From the NCBI GenBank assembly GCA_947259585.1, contig CAMYMV010000002.1, forward strand, positions 3,925 to 67,924: a stretch of 64,000 nt of DNA. Reading direction: 5' to 3'. This document shows positions 55,810-64,000 of the stretch, in pieces. The notes below the pieces were generated by a model. It ran no database searches. It had not been told where the DNA came from and worked only from the letters and a program-made list of their open reading frames with translations. The translations under genes and the position numbers were made by a program. Position 1 is the first letter of the stretch. The number at the start of each line of letters is the position of its first letter. The DNA comes from an uncultured Gemmatimonadales bacterium (lineage in GTDB: Bacteria; Gemmatimonadota; Gemmatimonadetes; Palauibacterales; Palauibacteraceae).

Positions 55810-56838
55810 TTGCGGTCGGCGATCGAGGCAGCCCGGCACCCGGTGCTGACGACCCACATCAATGCAGACGGCGATGGAGCGGGGAGCGAGGTTGCCCTGG
55901 CACTCTACATGGAGCGCCAGGGGGTGAAGCCCGCGATCGTCAACCCGACGCCGTTTCCGGAGACCTTCAAGTTTCTGCTGCAACACCTGACCCCGTGGTC
56001 CTGCAAGGCCGAAGAGGGGCGGCGAGCCCTGGAGAGGGCCGACCTCATCGTCGTTCTGGACACGTCGGAGCCCTCGAGGCTCGGGGACGTGTATCCCGCG
56101 ACGCGAGGCCGGCGAATCGCGGTCATCGACCACCACCCCTCCACGCCGCAGTCGATCGGGGATCCCGCGATTCGCGACGCCTCGGCGTGCGCGACGGGAG
56201 AACTGATATACGACCTTATCGCCAAGCCGGATGCGCCGAATGCATCGGTGTCGCGGCCGGAGGCGGAGGCGCTCTACGTGGCCATCGTCACCGATACGGG
56301 ATCCTTCCGGTTCGCGAACACGACCTCCCGGACGCACGAGATCTGCGCGAATCTGTTGAGGGCGGGCGTCGATCCTCAGGAGATGTACAGGCAGCTGTAC
56401 GGGCAGGTCACCGACGAGCGCCTGGAGCTGCTGCGTCGGGCGCTCTCCAGCCTCGAGCGGGACCCCGAATGGCCGCTGGCGTCGATTACCCTGAGGCGCC
56501 AGGATTTCCAGGAGTCGCGTGCGGCTTCGGCCGATCTCGAGGGCATCGTCGAGCATGCCCGACAGCTCCGCGGCGTGGAGATCGCCGCGCTCTTCCGGGA
56601 GCTGCCCGACAAGTCGACCAAGGTCTCCCTTCGATCGAACGGAGAGGCCGACGTCGCCGCGATCGCGCGCGAGCATGGGGGCGGGGGGCACACGAAGGCG
56701 GCGGGCGTGCACATCAAGGGGCCGCTCGAGGCGTCGCGCGCCGAGGTGCTGGCCAGCGCCAGACTGGCGCTTCGGAAGAAGGGGCTAGGACCGACGCCCC
56801 CCCCCAACGGGGATCCGGAGGCAGCGCGGGGACCTTGA
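55810..56838 (+). CDS. nrnA: DHH/DHHA1 oligoribonuclease / pAp phosphatase
   Basis: THINADGDG, IDHH, TDTGSFRF, KVSLRS and GGGGHTKAAG motifs. Confidence 0.9.
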   Translation: MRSAIEAARHPVLTTHINADGDGAGSEVALALYMERQGVKPAIVNPTPFPETFKFLLQHLTPWSCKAEEGRRALERADLIVVLDTSEPSRLGDVYPATRGRRIAVIDHHPSTPQSIGDPAIRDASACATGELIYDLIAKPDAPNASVSRPEAEALYVAIVTDTGSFRFANTTSRTHEICANLLRAGVDPQEMYRQLYGQVTDERLELLRRALSSLERDPEWPLASITLRRQDFQESRAASADLEGIVEHARQLRGVEIAALFRELPDKSTKVSLRSNGEADVAAIAREHGGGGHTKAAGVHIKGPLEASRAEVLASARLALRKKGLGPTPPPNGDPEAARGP

Positions 56839-56945
56839 AGAAAACGGCCCGCGGGGCCTATATTTGCGTGTCCTGTCCATCTGAACCTCAGTAGCCACTG
56901 GCGCGCCGGCGCCGCAGTGGCTCGTCACCGCGACGAGGAGGTCTG

Positions 56946-57326
56946 ATGGGCGTGTCCCTGAACGGGGGCGGCGAGGACCAGAGCATGGACCATCGCCTTC
57001 GGGAGTTGGGCAGGACCGTTTCCCCTTCCGAGATCGCCGAAGTCTGGGTGTTTCCGCCGCTCGAGACGCTGGAGGGCTCCACGGAGTTCTTCCTGTTCAC
57101 GCGCTTCGATGGTGACCGACGCCGGCTGTACAGCGCGTGCCTATCGCCGGGAGTCAGGCCGAACGGGAATTCCGGCCAGAGGATCACCGAGCACGGACTC
57201 GTGCCAGCAGACCGGGTGCCGCTGATGGTGGCGCAGCTCCAGCGCAGACTGGGCGAGTTCTCCGACCCTCTCCACCTGGAGATCGGCGGTAGCGACGAGC
57301 GCTGGGCGGAGCTCACGACGGACTGA
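56946..57326 (+). CDS. Hypothetical protein
   Basis: GAGGAGGT RBS; followed by a terminator. Confidence 0.75.
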   Translation: MGVSLNGGGEDQSMDHRLRELGRTVSPSEIAEVWVFPPLETLEGSTEFFLFTRFDGDRRRLYSACLSPGVRPNGNSGQRITEHGLVPADRVPLMVAQLQRRLGEFSDPLHLEIGGSDERWAELTTD

Positions 57327-57348
57327 GTCCGCGTCGATTTCGTCTCGC

Positions 57349-57380
57349 AGCCCGGGCCCCGAGCCCGGGCTTTCTCTTTC
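57349..57380 (+). terminator. Intrinsic terminator
   Basis: agcccgggc-cccga-gcccgggct followed by ttctctttc. Confidence 0.7.
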
Positions 57381-57487
57381 TCCCCGTCCTCCCGGATTCC
57401 TCCGGGATGCGCCATTTGATCGCCCACCAAGGGACCCTTACGTTGTCGCCTTCCGTATAAGCGAGCGGTTCAAACGGAGAGAAGGGT

Positions 57488-57937
57488 GTGACCGAAGCGA
57501 TACATGGCGCGGCGGGCGAATCGGTGGAGCGCGAGTTCAGACGCGCGCTCGGGGCGGGTGGCCATCGGTACACGACACAGCGCGCCGCGGTGTACGACAC
57601 GCTGTATGCAGCGTCGAGCCATCCGACGGCCGACGAGATCTTCTCGCGCGTCCGGTCTCAGATTCCCGACATCAGCCTGGCCACCGTCTACAAGGCGTTG
57701 GAGGCGTTCGTGAGCTGCGGGATCGCCACCAAGCTCACGATGGGAGATGGTCCGGCGAAGTACGACGGTCGGATGGATGATCATCACCACATACGCTGCG
57801 TGAGTTGTGGCTGCGTCACCGACATCGACCAGGCCTCTTCACCCGATTGGCTTCGCACGGTGTCCCTTCTAACCGACTTCGAGGTCCTGGGTTACCGGCT
57901 GGAGCTGGTCGGGACCTGTCCAGACTGCCTGGCCTGA
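57488..57937 (+). CDS. Fur-family regulator (PerR-like)
   Basis: TTQR, HPTADE, SLATVYKALE, HHHIRC..C and C..C motifs. Confidence 0.93.
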   Translation: MTEAIHGAAGESVEREFRRALGAGGHRYTTQRAAVYDTLYAASSHPTADEIFSRVRSQIPDISLATVYKALEAFVSCGIATKLTMGDGPAKYDGRMDDHHHIRCVSCGCVTDIDQASSPDWLRTVSLLTDFEVLGYRLELVGTCPDCLA

Positions 57938-57966
57938 GCCCCCGCTCCCGCCGCCCAGCCACATAG

Positions 57967-58704
57967 ATGGACTCCCTGGGGATAGGGTTCACGGCCGCGT
58001 TCGCGGCTGGCCTGCTTTCGTTTCTCTCCCCCTGCGTCCTGCCTCTCGTGCCCTCGTACCTCTCCTTCGTGACAGGCCTCGGCATGGAGGAGCTCGAGAG
58101 CGGCGACGCCGAGCTTCGGCGCACGACGATGATCCACTCCCTTCTCTTCGTGGCGGGTTTCAGCTCGATCTTTCTGGCTTTGGGCGCCTCGGCCAGCTTC
58201 CTGGGTCAGATCCTCAGGGAGTATCAGGTCTGGATCGCGCGCATCGGGGGCGTGATCGTCCTCCTCTTCGGCCTCCATCTTCTCGGCCTCACACCGTTTC
58301 GCTGGCTGCAGCGAGAGCGCCGCATGCACCTGGAGCGCAAGCCGGTGGGCTACGTCGGATCGTTCCTGGTCGGTGTGACGTTCGGAGCGGGCTGGACGCC
58401 GTGCATCGGACCGATCCTGGGTGGGATCCTCACCTTCGCCGCAACGCGGCAGACGCTGGGCGAGGGCGTTCTGTTGCTCGCCTTCTACTCGGCGGGACTC
58501 GCGGTCCCATTCATCCTGAGCGCGGTGGGATTCACGTGGTTTCTGGCCACGTTCAAGCGGCTGCGAAGGCACATCGTGTGGGTGGAGCGAACAAGCGGGG
58601 CTCTTCTCGTCCTCGTCGGCCTGCTTCTGCTGAGCGGTCAGTTCACGATGCTCGCCTCGTGGGCGGCGAACCTCACGCCGGACTGGATCCTGGAACGGAT
58701 CTAG
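57967..58704 (+). CDS. ccdA: Cytochrome c biogenesis / thiol-disulfide transporter CcdA
   Basis: SFLSPCVLPLVP and WTPCIGPILG motifs. Confidence 0.94.
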   Translation: MDSLGIGFTAAFAAGLLSFLSPCVLPLVPSYLSFVTGLGMEELESGDAELRRTTMIHSLLFVAGFSSIFLALGASASFLGQILREYQVWIARIGGVIVLLFGLHLLGLTPFRWLQRERRMHLERKPVGYVGSFLVGVTFGAGWTPCIGPILGGILTFAATRQTLGEGVLLLAFYSAGLAVPFILSAVGFTWFLATFKRLRRHIVWVERTSGALLVLVGLLLLSGQFTMLASWAANLTPDWILERI

Positions 58705-58731
58705 ACACCCGGCCGGGGCAGGGACACCGGT

Positions 58732-60504
58732 TCAGGAAGCGGTTCGACTGACGAGCGCCTCCTCGCGTTCGATCTCCTCGCTGAGCAGCTGCCGCTCCAG
58801 GAGTCGCTTGTAGACGCCGTCGAGCTCGAGGAGATCCCGGTGCCGCCCCTGTTCCACGAGCCGCCCCTCTTCGAGCACGAAGATCACGTCTGCATCCCGG
58901 ACGGCAGACACGCGGTGCGAGACCAGGATGGAGCTGCGGCCTCGCATGTACTGCCGAAGCTCGTGCAGGATCGCCGTCTCCGTCACCGAGTCTACGGCCG
59001 ACAGCGCGTCGTCCAGGATGAGCACCGGCGTATCGCGATAGAGCGCCCTCGCCAGAGTCGCTCGCTGCTTCTGTCCACCCGACAGGTTGATGCCCCGTTC
59101 ACCGAGGTGCGTGTCGATGCCCTCCGGCAGGACGGCGAGCGCCTCCGTGAGGTGGGCGATGTCGACCGCCTCCATCAGCCGGTCGATGTCCGCCTCCTCC
59201 GCGCCGTGCAGCGCGATGTTCCGCTTCAGTCGCATGCTGAACAGGAAGGACTCCTGCGGAACGACCGAGACCGCGTCCCGAACCGCCGCGAGAGGGAGCT
59301 TCCTCACATCCACTCCGTCGAACAGTACGGTGCCCTCGGTCGCGTCGTAGAGCCGCGGGAGCAGCCGCACGAGCGTCGATTTTCCACTACCCGTCTGACC
59401 GACGATCGCCGCGGTTTGCCCCGGCTCGATAACGAGCGAAATGTCCTTCAGTACCCAGCGCTCGGTGTCCGGGTAACGGAAGGAGACGTCCCGGAGCTCC
59501 ACGCGCCCTCTGAGTGCCCCGATCGCCAGCGGCGATGGATCTTCGGCGATGGATGGGACGACCGACATCAGCTCGTTGATCCTCCTCATCGAGGCTGCGC
59601 CACGCTGGAAAAGGTTCGTAACCCAACCGAGGGCGATCATCGGCCAGCTGAGGAGGGTCAGGTAGAACCCGAACGCCACGAAGTCGCCGACCGTGATCCG
59701 CCCTGCGATGACGAGGCTTCCGCCGTACCAGAGCAGGATCACCGCCCCGATTCCGGTGAGCAGGATGAGTGACGGGTGGAAGGCGCCCCAGACGCGCGCC
59801 AGGCTCATGTTGCGGTCCAGGTACTCCTCGTTCAGCTGGGCGAAGCGCCTGACCTGGGCCTCCTCCTGGGTGTACGCCTTCACGATCCGGATGCTCGAGA
59901 GGAACTCCTGGCTGTAGTTGGAGAGCTCGGCAAACTGGCTCTGGATCTTCTCGAAGCGGTCGTGAATCTGCCGGCCGAACAGAAAGACGGCGGCCGGCAG
60001 GATAGCCAGCGGGATCATGGCGAGCAGCGTGAGGACGGGGTCGATCCATATCATCAACAGAAGGGCGAGCGTGCTCACCGTGGCCGTGTTCACCGCGTAC
60101 ATGATCGCCGGCCCGGCTACCATCCGGACGGCCAGCACATCGTTGGTGGCCCTACTCATCAGGTCTCCGGTCCGCCAGCTGTCGTAGAACTGCGCCGGAA
60201 GCCTGAGGAGGTGGCCGAAGAGATCGTTTCGCAGGTCCGTCTCGATGCGTCGGCTGATCCCGTTCAGAAGCTCGCGCATGTAGTAGCGGCTGATGCCGGC
60301 GAGGATGGCTACGAGAACGATAAGAATCGCGTAACGCACTATGAGCGATCTGCTTAGCTCGGCCTCCAGCGCGTCGATCGCTGCCTTCAACAGGTAGGGG
60401 CCGAGCAGCGTGAAGATGTTTCCGATCACCACCAGCACGAGGCCGGTGAGGATTCCCCTGTGGTAGGGCTTGAAGTAGGGAATGAGAGCGCGAAGACTCT
60501 TCAT
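58732..60504 (-). CDS. ABC exporter, fused permease/ATPase (MdlA-like)
   Basis: TM domain; GQTGSGKST, LSGGQKQR and ILDDALSAVD motifs. Confidence 0.95.
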   Translation of the reverse strand: MKSLRALIPYFKPYHRGILTGLVLVVIGNIFTLLGPYLLKAAIDALEAELSRSLIVRYAILIVLVAILAGISRYYMRELLNGISRRIETDLRNDLFGHLLRLPAQFYDSWRTGDLMSRATNDVLAVRMVAGPAIMYAVNTATVSTLALLLMIWIDPVLTLLAMIPLAILPAAVFLFGRQIHDRFEKIQSQFAELSNYSQEFLSSIRIVKAYTQEEAQVRRFAQLNEEYLDRNMSLARVWGAFHPSLILLTGIGAVILLWYGGSLVIAGRITVGDFVAFGFYLTLLSWPMIALGWVTNLFQRGAASMRRINELMSVVPSIAEDPSPLAIGALRGRVELRDVSFRYPDTERWVLKDISLVIEPGQTAAIVGQTGSGKSTLVRLLPRLYDATEGTVLFDGVDVRKLPLAAVRDAVSVVPQESFLFSMRLKRNIALHGAEEADIDRLMEAVDIAHLTEALAVLPEGIDTHLGERGINLSGGQKQRATLARALYRDTPVLILDDALSAVDSVTETAILHELRQYMRGRSSILVSHRVSAVRDADVIFVLEEGRLVEQGRHRDLLELDGVYKRLLERQLLSEEIEREEALVSRTAS

Positions 60505-60624
60505 TTGCTCCAGACCTGCGAAGTTGCCGTGACCTCAAGCGCCCCCGAAGGGTCCATCGATTGAGGGCCGATGAGCGCACCAAGGTAAATATCGCGGTAT
60601 TCACGTTCAACGTGGAGAGGCAGG

Positions 60625-61614
60625 ATGGGCGGCATTACCGAACTGAGGAGGTCAGGAGCCGATCGCGGCTCCCGCTTGCCCGGGATGCTGGCGCTCACTC
60701 TCGCCGGCCTCCTCACGGTAGGGGCCGTCGCTTGCGGCGGAGACCCCGAGATCGAGCCCGAGGCGGCCGTGGACACGCTCGCACTGCTCGATCGAGAGCT
60801 GGATCTGGCGATGAGCGGCGACACGTCTCCCGCCGAGCTGCGGGACAGACCGCGTGGCGCCCTCCAGCCCGCTGAGCGTCCGGACTCTCGGCCGGTGGAC
60901 CGGCGATCCCCGCCAGCGCCGGCGCCGCCTGCCACCTCGCCGAAGACCCCGCCGGCCGAGGATCCCTCCCCCGCGGAACGGGCCTCGGCGGAGCCGGAGC
61001 GTGAGGAGGCGGCCGGTGAATCGAGCCGCGATGGGGGCGAGCCGGCCGACAGAGGCAACTCGTCCGGGCCCGGACTCGCTCTCCGGAGCGTCGCTGGCGG
61101 CGCCACGTTCGAGGTGACGCTCAACCAGGAGCTCAGCACCCGTCACAACCGTGTCGGAGACCTGTTCTCGGCGACTCTCGTGGATCCCTTGACCGACGGC
61201 CGACTGGTTCTCGTGCCTGCCGGTGCCCTGGTGGTCGGCGAGGTGACGGCGGTGGAGGAATCCGGGGGCCACGGCCAGACGGCGATCATCAACCTCGACA
61301 TCCACGAGGTGTCGTTCGACGGGGAGACCCATCCTCTGGAGGCCTCCATCCTCGAGGCGAACCCCGAAACGCGGTCCCGCAGCTCGACCGGCGCCAAGGC
61401 CGCCAAGATCGGCGGTGCGGCCGTGGTCGGGGCCATACTAGGCCGGGTGATCGGCGGTGACGCGCTGGGGACAATCATCGGAACCGCCGTCGGCGGCGCC
61501 GCCGGAACGGCCATCGTGCTGGGGACGGATGACGTGGATGCGGTTCTCCCCCGGGGTTCGAGAATGCTCCTCAGACTCGACGCTCCGCTCGAGATGCAGG
61601 TAGCCATGCCCTGA
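60625..61614 (+). CDS. Lipoprotein with Pro-rich linker, beta domain and glycine-zipper
   Basis: Lipobox AVAC; KIGGAAVVGAILG...GTAVGGAAG. Confidence 0.8.
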   Translation: MGGITELRRSGADRGSRLPGMLALTLAGLLTVGAVACGGDPEIEPEAAVDTLALLDRELDLAMSGDTSPAELRDRPRGALQPAERPDSRPVDRRSPPAPAPPATSPKTPPAEDPSPAERASAEPEREEAAGESSRDGGEPADRGNSSGPGLALRSVAGGATFEVTLNQELSTRHNRVGDLFSATLVDPLTDGRLVLVPAGALVVGEVTAVEESGGHGQTAIINLDIHEVSFDGETHPLEASILEANPETRSRSSTGAKAAKIGGAAVVGAILGRVIGGDALGTIIGTAVGGAAGTAIVLGTDDVDAVLPRGSRMLLRLDAPLEMQVAMP

Positions 61615-61695
61615 GCCAGCGCGCCGGAGGCCTGTGGATCTTTCGCCCGAGCGGGTCGTTCTACGGTAGTACGCGAGCGAAAGGGACCTGCCGGC

Positions 61696-62487
61696 ATGCG
61701 CAAGACCAAAACCCTCCTTACGGCGACTCTCATGGCCATCGCCCTCGCCGGGGCGCAGGATGCCGCCCTCGGCCAGGAGCGATCCGGAGCGGTGGTGGGG
61801 AACGTGTTCATGGCCGAGGACAACTCGCCGCTCTCCGATGTGACGGTCAGGATCATGGGGACGGAGATCCAGTCGATCTCCGACAGCCTCGGCGCCTTCC
61901 GACTCGAGGGGGTCCCGGCCGGTGAACACACGTTGAGCGTGAGCTACCTGAACATGGTCTCTGATGTCGCCGGAAGCGTGGCCGTCGCCCTGGCCGATGG
62001 CGAGACGATCTGGCTCAGCATCGAGCTCGAGGTCACGGTCGTTCCGGTGCCCGAGCTCGTCGTCCGGATCGAGCGGGCCGACAACGTCGGCAAGATGGCC
62101 GGGTTCGATCACCGCAGGGCTACGGGGTTCGGGAGCTTCATCACGCGCGAAGAGATCGAGCGAGCGCGCCCCAGCCGAATCAGCCAGCTGTTCTACGCGG
62201 TTGCCGGGGTCCGGGTCGTGCCGGCGCCCAACAACGACATTCTCGGCACACGGCTGGTTTCCGCCCGAGCAGGCGGCATCAACTGCTACATGGAGCTCTT
62301 CCTGGACGGAATACGGCAGCCGTCCGAAGGATTCAACATCGATCTGCTTCCGCCCGAAGACATAGAGGCGATCGAGGTCTACGCCGGAAGCTCCCGCACG
62401 CCGGCGATCTTCGCCCGCCGTGGCTCTCCCTGTGGGGCCGTGGTGATCTGGACTCGGGATCCGACCCGCCAGGACCGGGAGCCCTAG
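61696..62487 (+). CDS. Exported carboxypeptidase-regulatory-like domain plus TonB plug-like domain protein (no barrel)
   Basis: Signal peptide; SDSLGAFRL; GF..RR..GFG.FITREEI; IEAIEVY; CGAVVIWT. Confidence 0.82.
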   Translation: MRKTKTLLTATLMAIALAGAQDAALGQERSGAVVGNVFMAEDNSPLSDVTVRIMGTEIQSISDSLGAFRLEGVPAGEHTLSVSYLNMVSDVAGSVAVALADGETIWLSIELEVTVVPVPELVVRIERADNVGKMAGFDHRRATGFGSFITREEIERARPSRISQLFYAVAGVRVVPAPNNDILGTRLVSARAGGINCYMELFLDGIRQPSEGFNIDLLPPEDIEAIEVYAGSSRTPAIFARRGSPCGAVVIWTRDPTRQDREP

Positions 62488-62492
62488 CGCGG

Positions 62493-64000
62493 TCAGTAAC
62501 CGAGCGCGGCCCCTCCGCCTCGTGGATCCGCCGCACCGTATCTGACGCCGTCCGGCGACACGTAGATCGACTGCACGTCGCCCGAGAACCCGGCGCGCTC
62601 CTCGATCCGGTGGCCCCTGCGCTCCAGCTCTTCGATCACCGACGGCTCGAGGCCGCCCCGCTCGTAGCGGAGCAGATCCGGCAGGTGCTGGTGGTGGACC
62701 CGGGGAGCGTTCACGGCCTGCTGGGCGCCGAGCCCGTGATCGAGTTGGGCGACGACAACCTGCAGCACCGAGGTCGTGATCGTCGGACCGCCGGGCGTTC
62801 CGGTCACGAGCTCGGTCCTGCCGTCCGGAGCGACCACGATGGTCGGCGTCATGGCTGACAGCATCCGCTTTCCCGGGGCGATGGAGTTCGACTCTCCCTG
62901 GACCAGTCCGTACATGTTCGGCTCGCCCGGCCTGGTCGTGAAGTCATCCATCTCGTTGTTGAGGAGGAATCCCGCTCCGCGCACGACGGCTGCCGATCCG
63001 AACGAGCCGTTGATGGTCGTGGTCACGGCGACGGCGTTTCCGGCCGAGTCCAGGACGGAGTAGTGCGTCGTCTGAGCGGATTCAGGCGCGACCGCCACGT
63101 CGGGCTCCGATGGCGTGGCCCGCTCCGGATCGATCGTCTTTCCGAGAGAATCCAGGTAGGCAGGGCTGAGGAGGCGGTCGATCGGCACGCTCACGAAATC
63201 CGGGTCGCCGAGGTGGCGGTTGCGGTCGGCGTAGGCACGTCGCATGGCCTCCGTCATCAGGTGGATCTCGTCCGCGGAGCGGTACTCGAGGCCGCGCAGA
63301 TCGAAGCGCTCCAGCATGCCGAGCATCTCGCCGAGCACGACTCCACCACCGGATGGCGGCCCCATGGAGATGAGGCGCCGGCCGGCGTACTGGATGACGA
63401 TCGGCCCGCGCCAGATCGCCCGATACTCCTCGAGGTCGCGCTTCGAGATCAGGCCGCCGCCCCTCTCCATCTCCGCCACGACCGAGTCGGCGATCCAGCC
63501 ACGGTAGAAGGCGTGCGGGCCCGAATCGGAGATCGCCTCCAGCGAGCGTGCGAGGTCCGGCTGCCGAAGCACCGCCCCACGCGAGGGCGGGCGGCCATCC
63601 GGCAGGAAGATCGCAGCCGTCGCGGGAAAGTGGCTGAACCTCTCCAGCTGGGCGGTCAGCGCGTCGTGCAGGCGCTCGGACACGGGGAAGCCTTCGGCCG
63701 CCAGGCGACGGGCCGGCTCCAGCAGCCGGTCCCAGGCGAGCCGGCCGAACCGGCGGTGCGCCTTCGCCATCCCGGCGACGGAGCCGGGGACCCCGGCGGC
63801 CAGATGGCCGGTTCGGCTGGCGGAGCCGGCCTTTCCGTCTTCGTCGACGTACATGTCGCGCCCGGCCGCGAGCGGCGCCCTCTCCCGGAAGTCCAGGGTC
63901 GCCTCTCGTCCATCGGCCGTGCGGACGACCATGAAGCCGCCGCCTCCGAGGTTGCCTGCCTGCGGATAGACGACGGCGAGGGCGAAATGCACCGCCACGG
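62493..64000 (-). CDS. ggt: Gamma-glutamyltransferase; 5' end outside window
   Basis: GNLGGGGF, DFRE, TTHYS (catalytic Thr), LNNEMDDF, GTPGG and ADPR motifs. Confidence 0.95.
   Translation of the reverse strand, partial: VAVHFALAVVYPQAGNLGGGGFMVVRTADGREATLDFRERAPLAAGRDMYVDEDGKAGSASRTGHLAAGVPGSVAGMAKAHRRFGRLAWDRLLEPARRLAAEGFPVSERLHDALTAQLERFSHFPATAAIFLPDGRPPSRGAVLRQPDLARSLEAISDSGPHAFYRGWIADSVVAEMERGGGLISKRDLEEYRAIWRGPIVIQYAGRRLISMGPPSGGGVVLGEMLGMLERFDLRGLEYRSADEIHLMTEAMRRAYADRNRHLGDPDFVSVPIDRLLSPAYLDSLGKTIDPERATPSEPDVAVAPESAQTTHYSVLDSAGNAVAVTTTINGSFGSAAVVRGAGFLLNNEMDDFTTRPGEPNMYGLVQGESNSIAPGKRMLSAMTPTIVVAPDGRTELVTGTPGGPTITTSVLQVVVAQLDHGLGAQQAVNAPRVHHQHLPDLLRYERGGLEPSVIEELERRGHRIEERAGFSGDVQSIYVSPDGVRYGAADPRGGGAALGY

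Noticed and set aside
1-64000. CRISPR arrays, tRNA/rRNA, IS or integrase genes, phage-defence or selenoprotein signals
   Set aside because: No repeat-spacer arrays, RNA gene signatures, recombinase motifs or in-frame TGA at Cys positions were seen by eye; a tool scan could still find small RNAs.

Overview
High-GC bacterial chromosomal window. Gene style (ECF/Ser-Thr-kinase pair, plug-only TonB-like protein, many lipoproteins) suggests Gemmatimonadota, but that is inference. About 66 genes; no rRNA, tRNA, CRISPR array, transposase or integrase recognised. The centrepiece is a compact bacterial microcompartment (BMC) operon on the minus strand (about 27.6-34.7 kb): TetR - rpiB-like - deoC - BMC-T(dp) - BMC-H - BMC-P - aldehyde dehydrogenase - BMC-T - BMC-P - BMC-P - exported unknown protein. 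A tpiA gene converges on its end and two 16-bp palindromic operators lie upstream. It is a sugar-phosphate-utilisation (SPU)-type locus with a Haliangium-like shell. All three enzymes carry apparent encapsulation peptides, and no alcohol dehydrogenase, phosphotransacylase or acetate kinase is present. Nearby are a guanine deaminase / xanthine dehydrogenase-family cluster and an ECF-kinase module flanked by a duplicated 30-bp promoter-like motif. The window also holds an exported JAMM-like protein, a CoaE-PHP fusion within a phosphoesterase-rich region, several peptidases, and redox/metal homeostasis genes (trxB, iscA-like, Fur-family, DtxR-family, ccdA, rhodanese, two ECF/anti-sigma pairs). 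All calls come from motif recognition by eye; no database searches were run, and several start codons were re-assigned from the ORF track.
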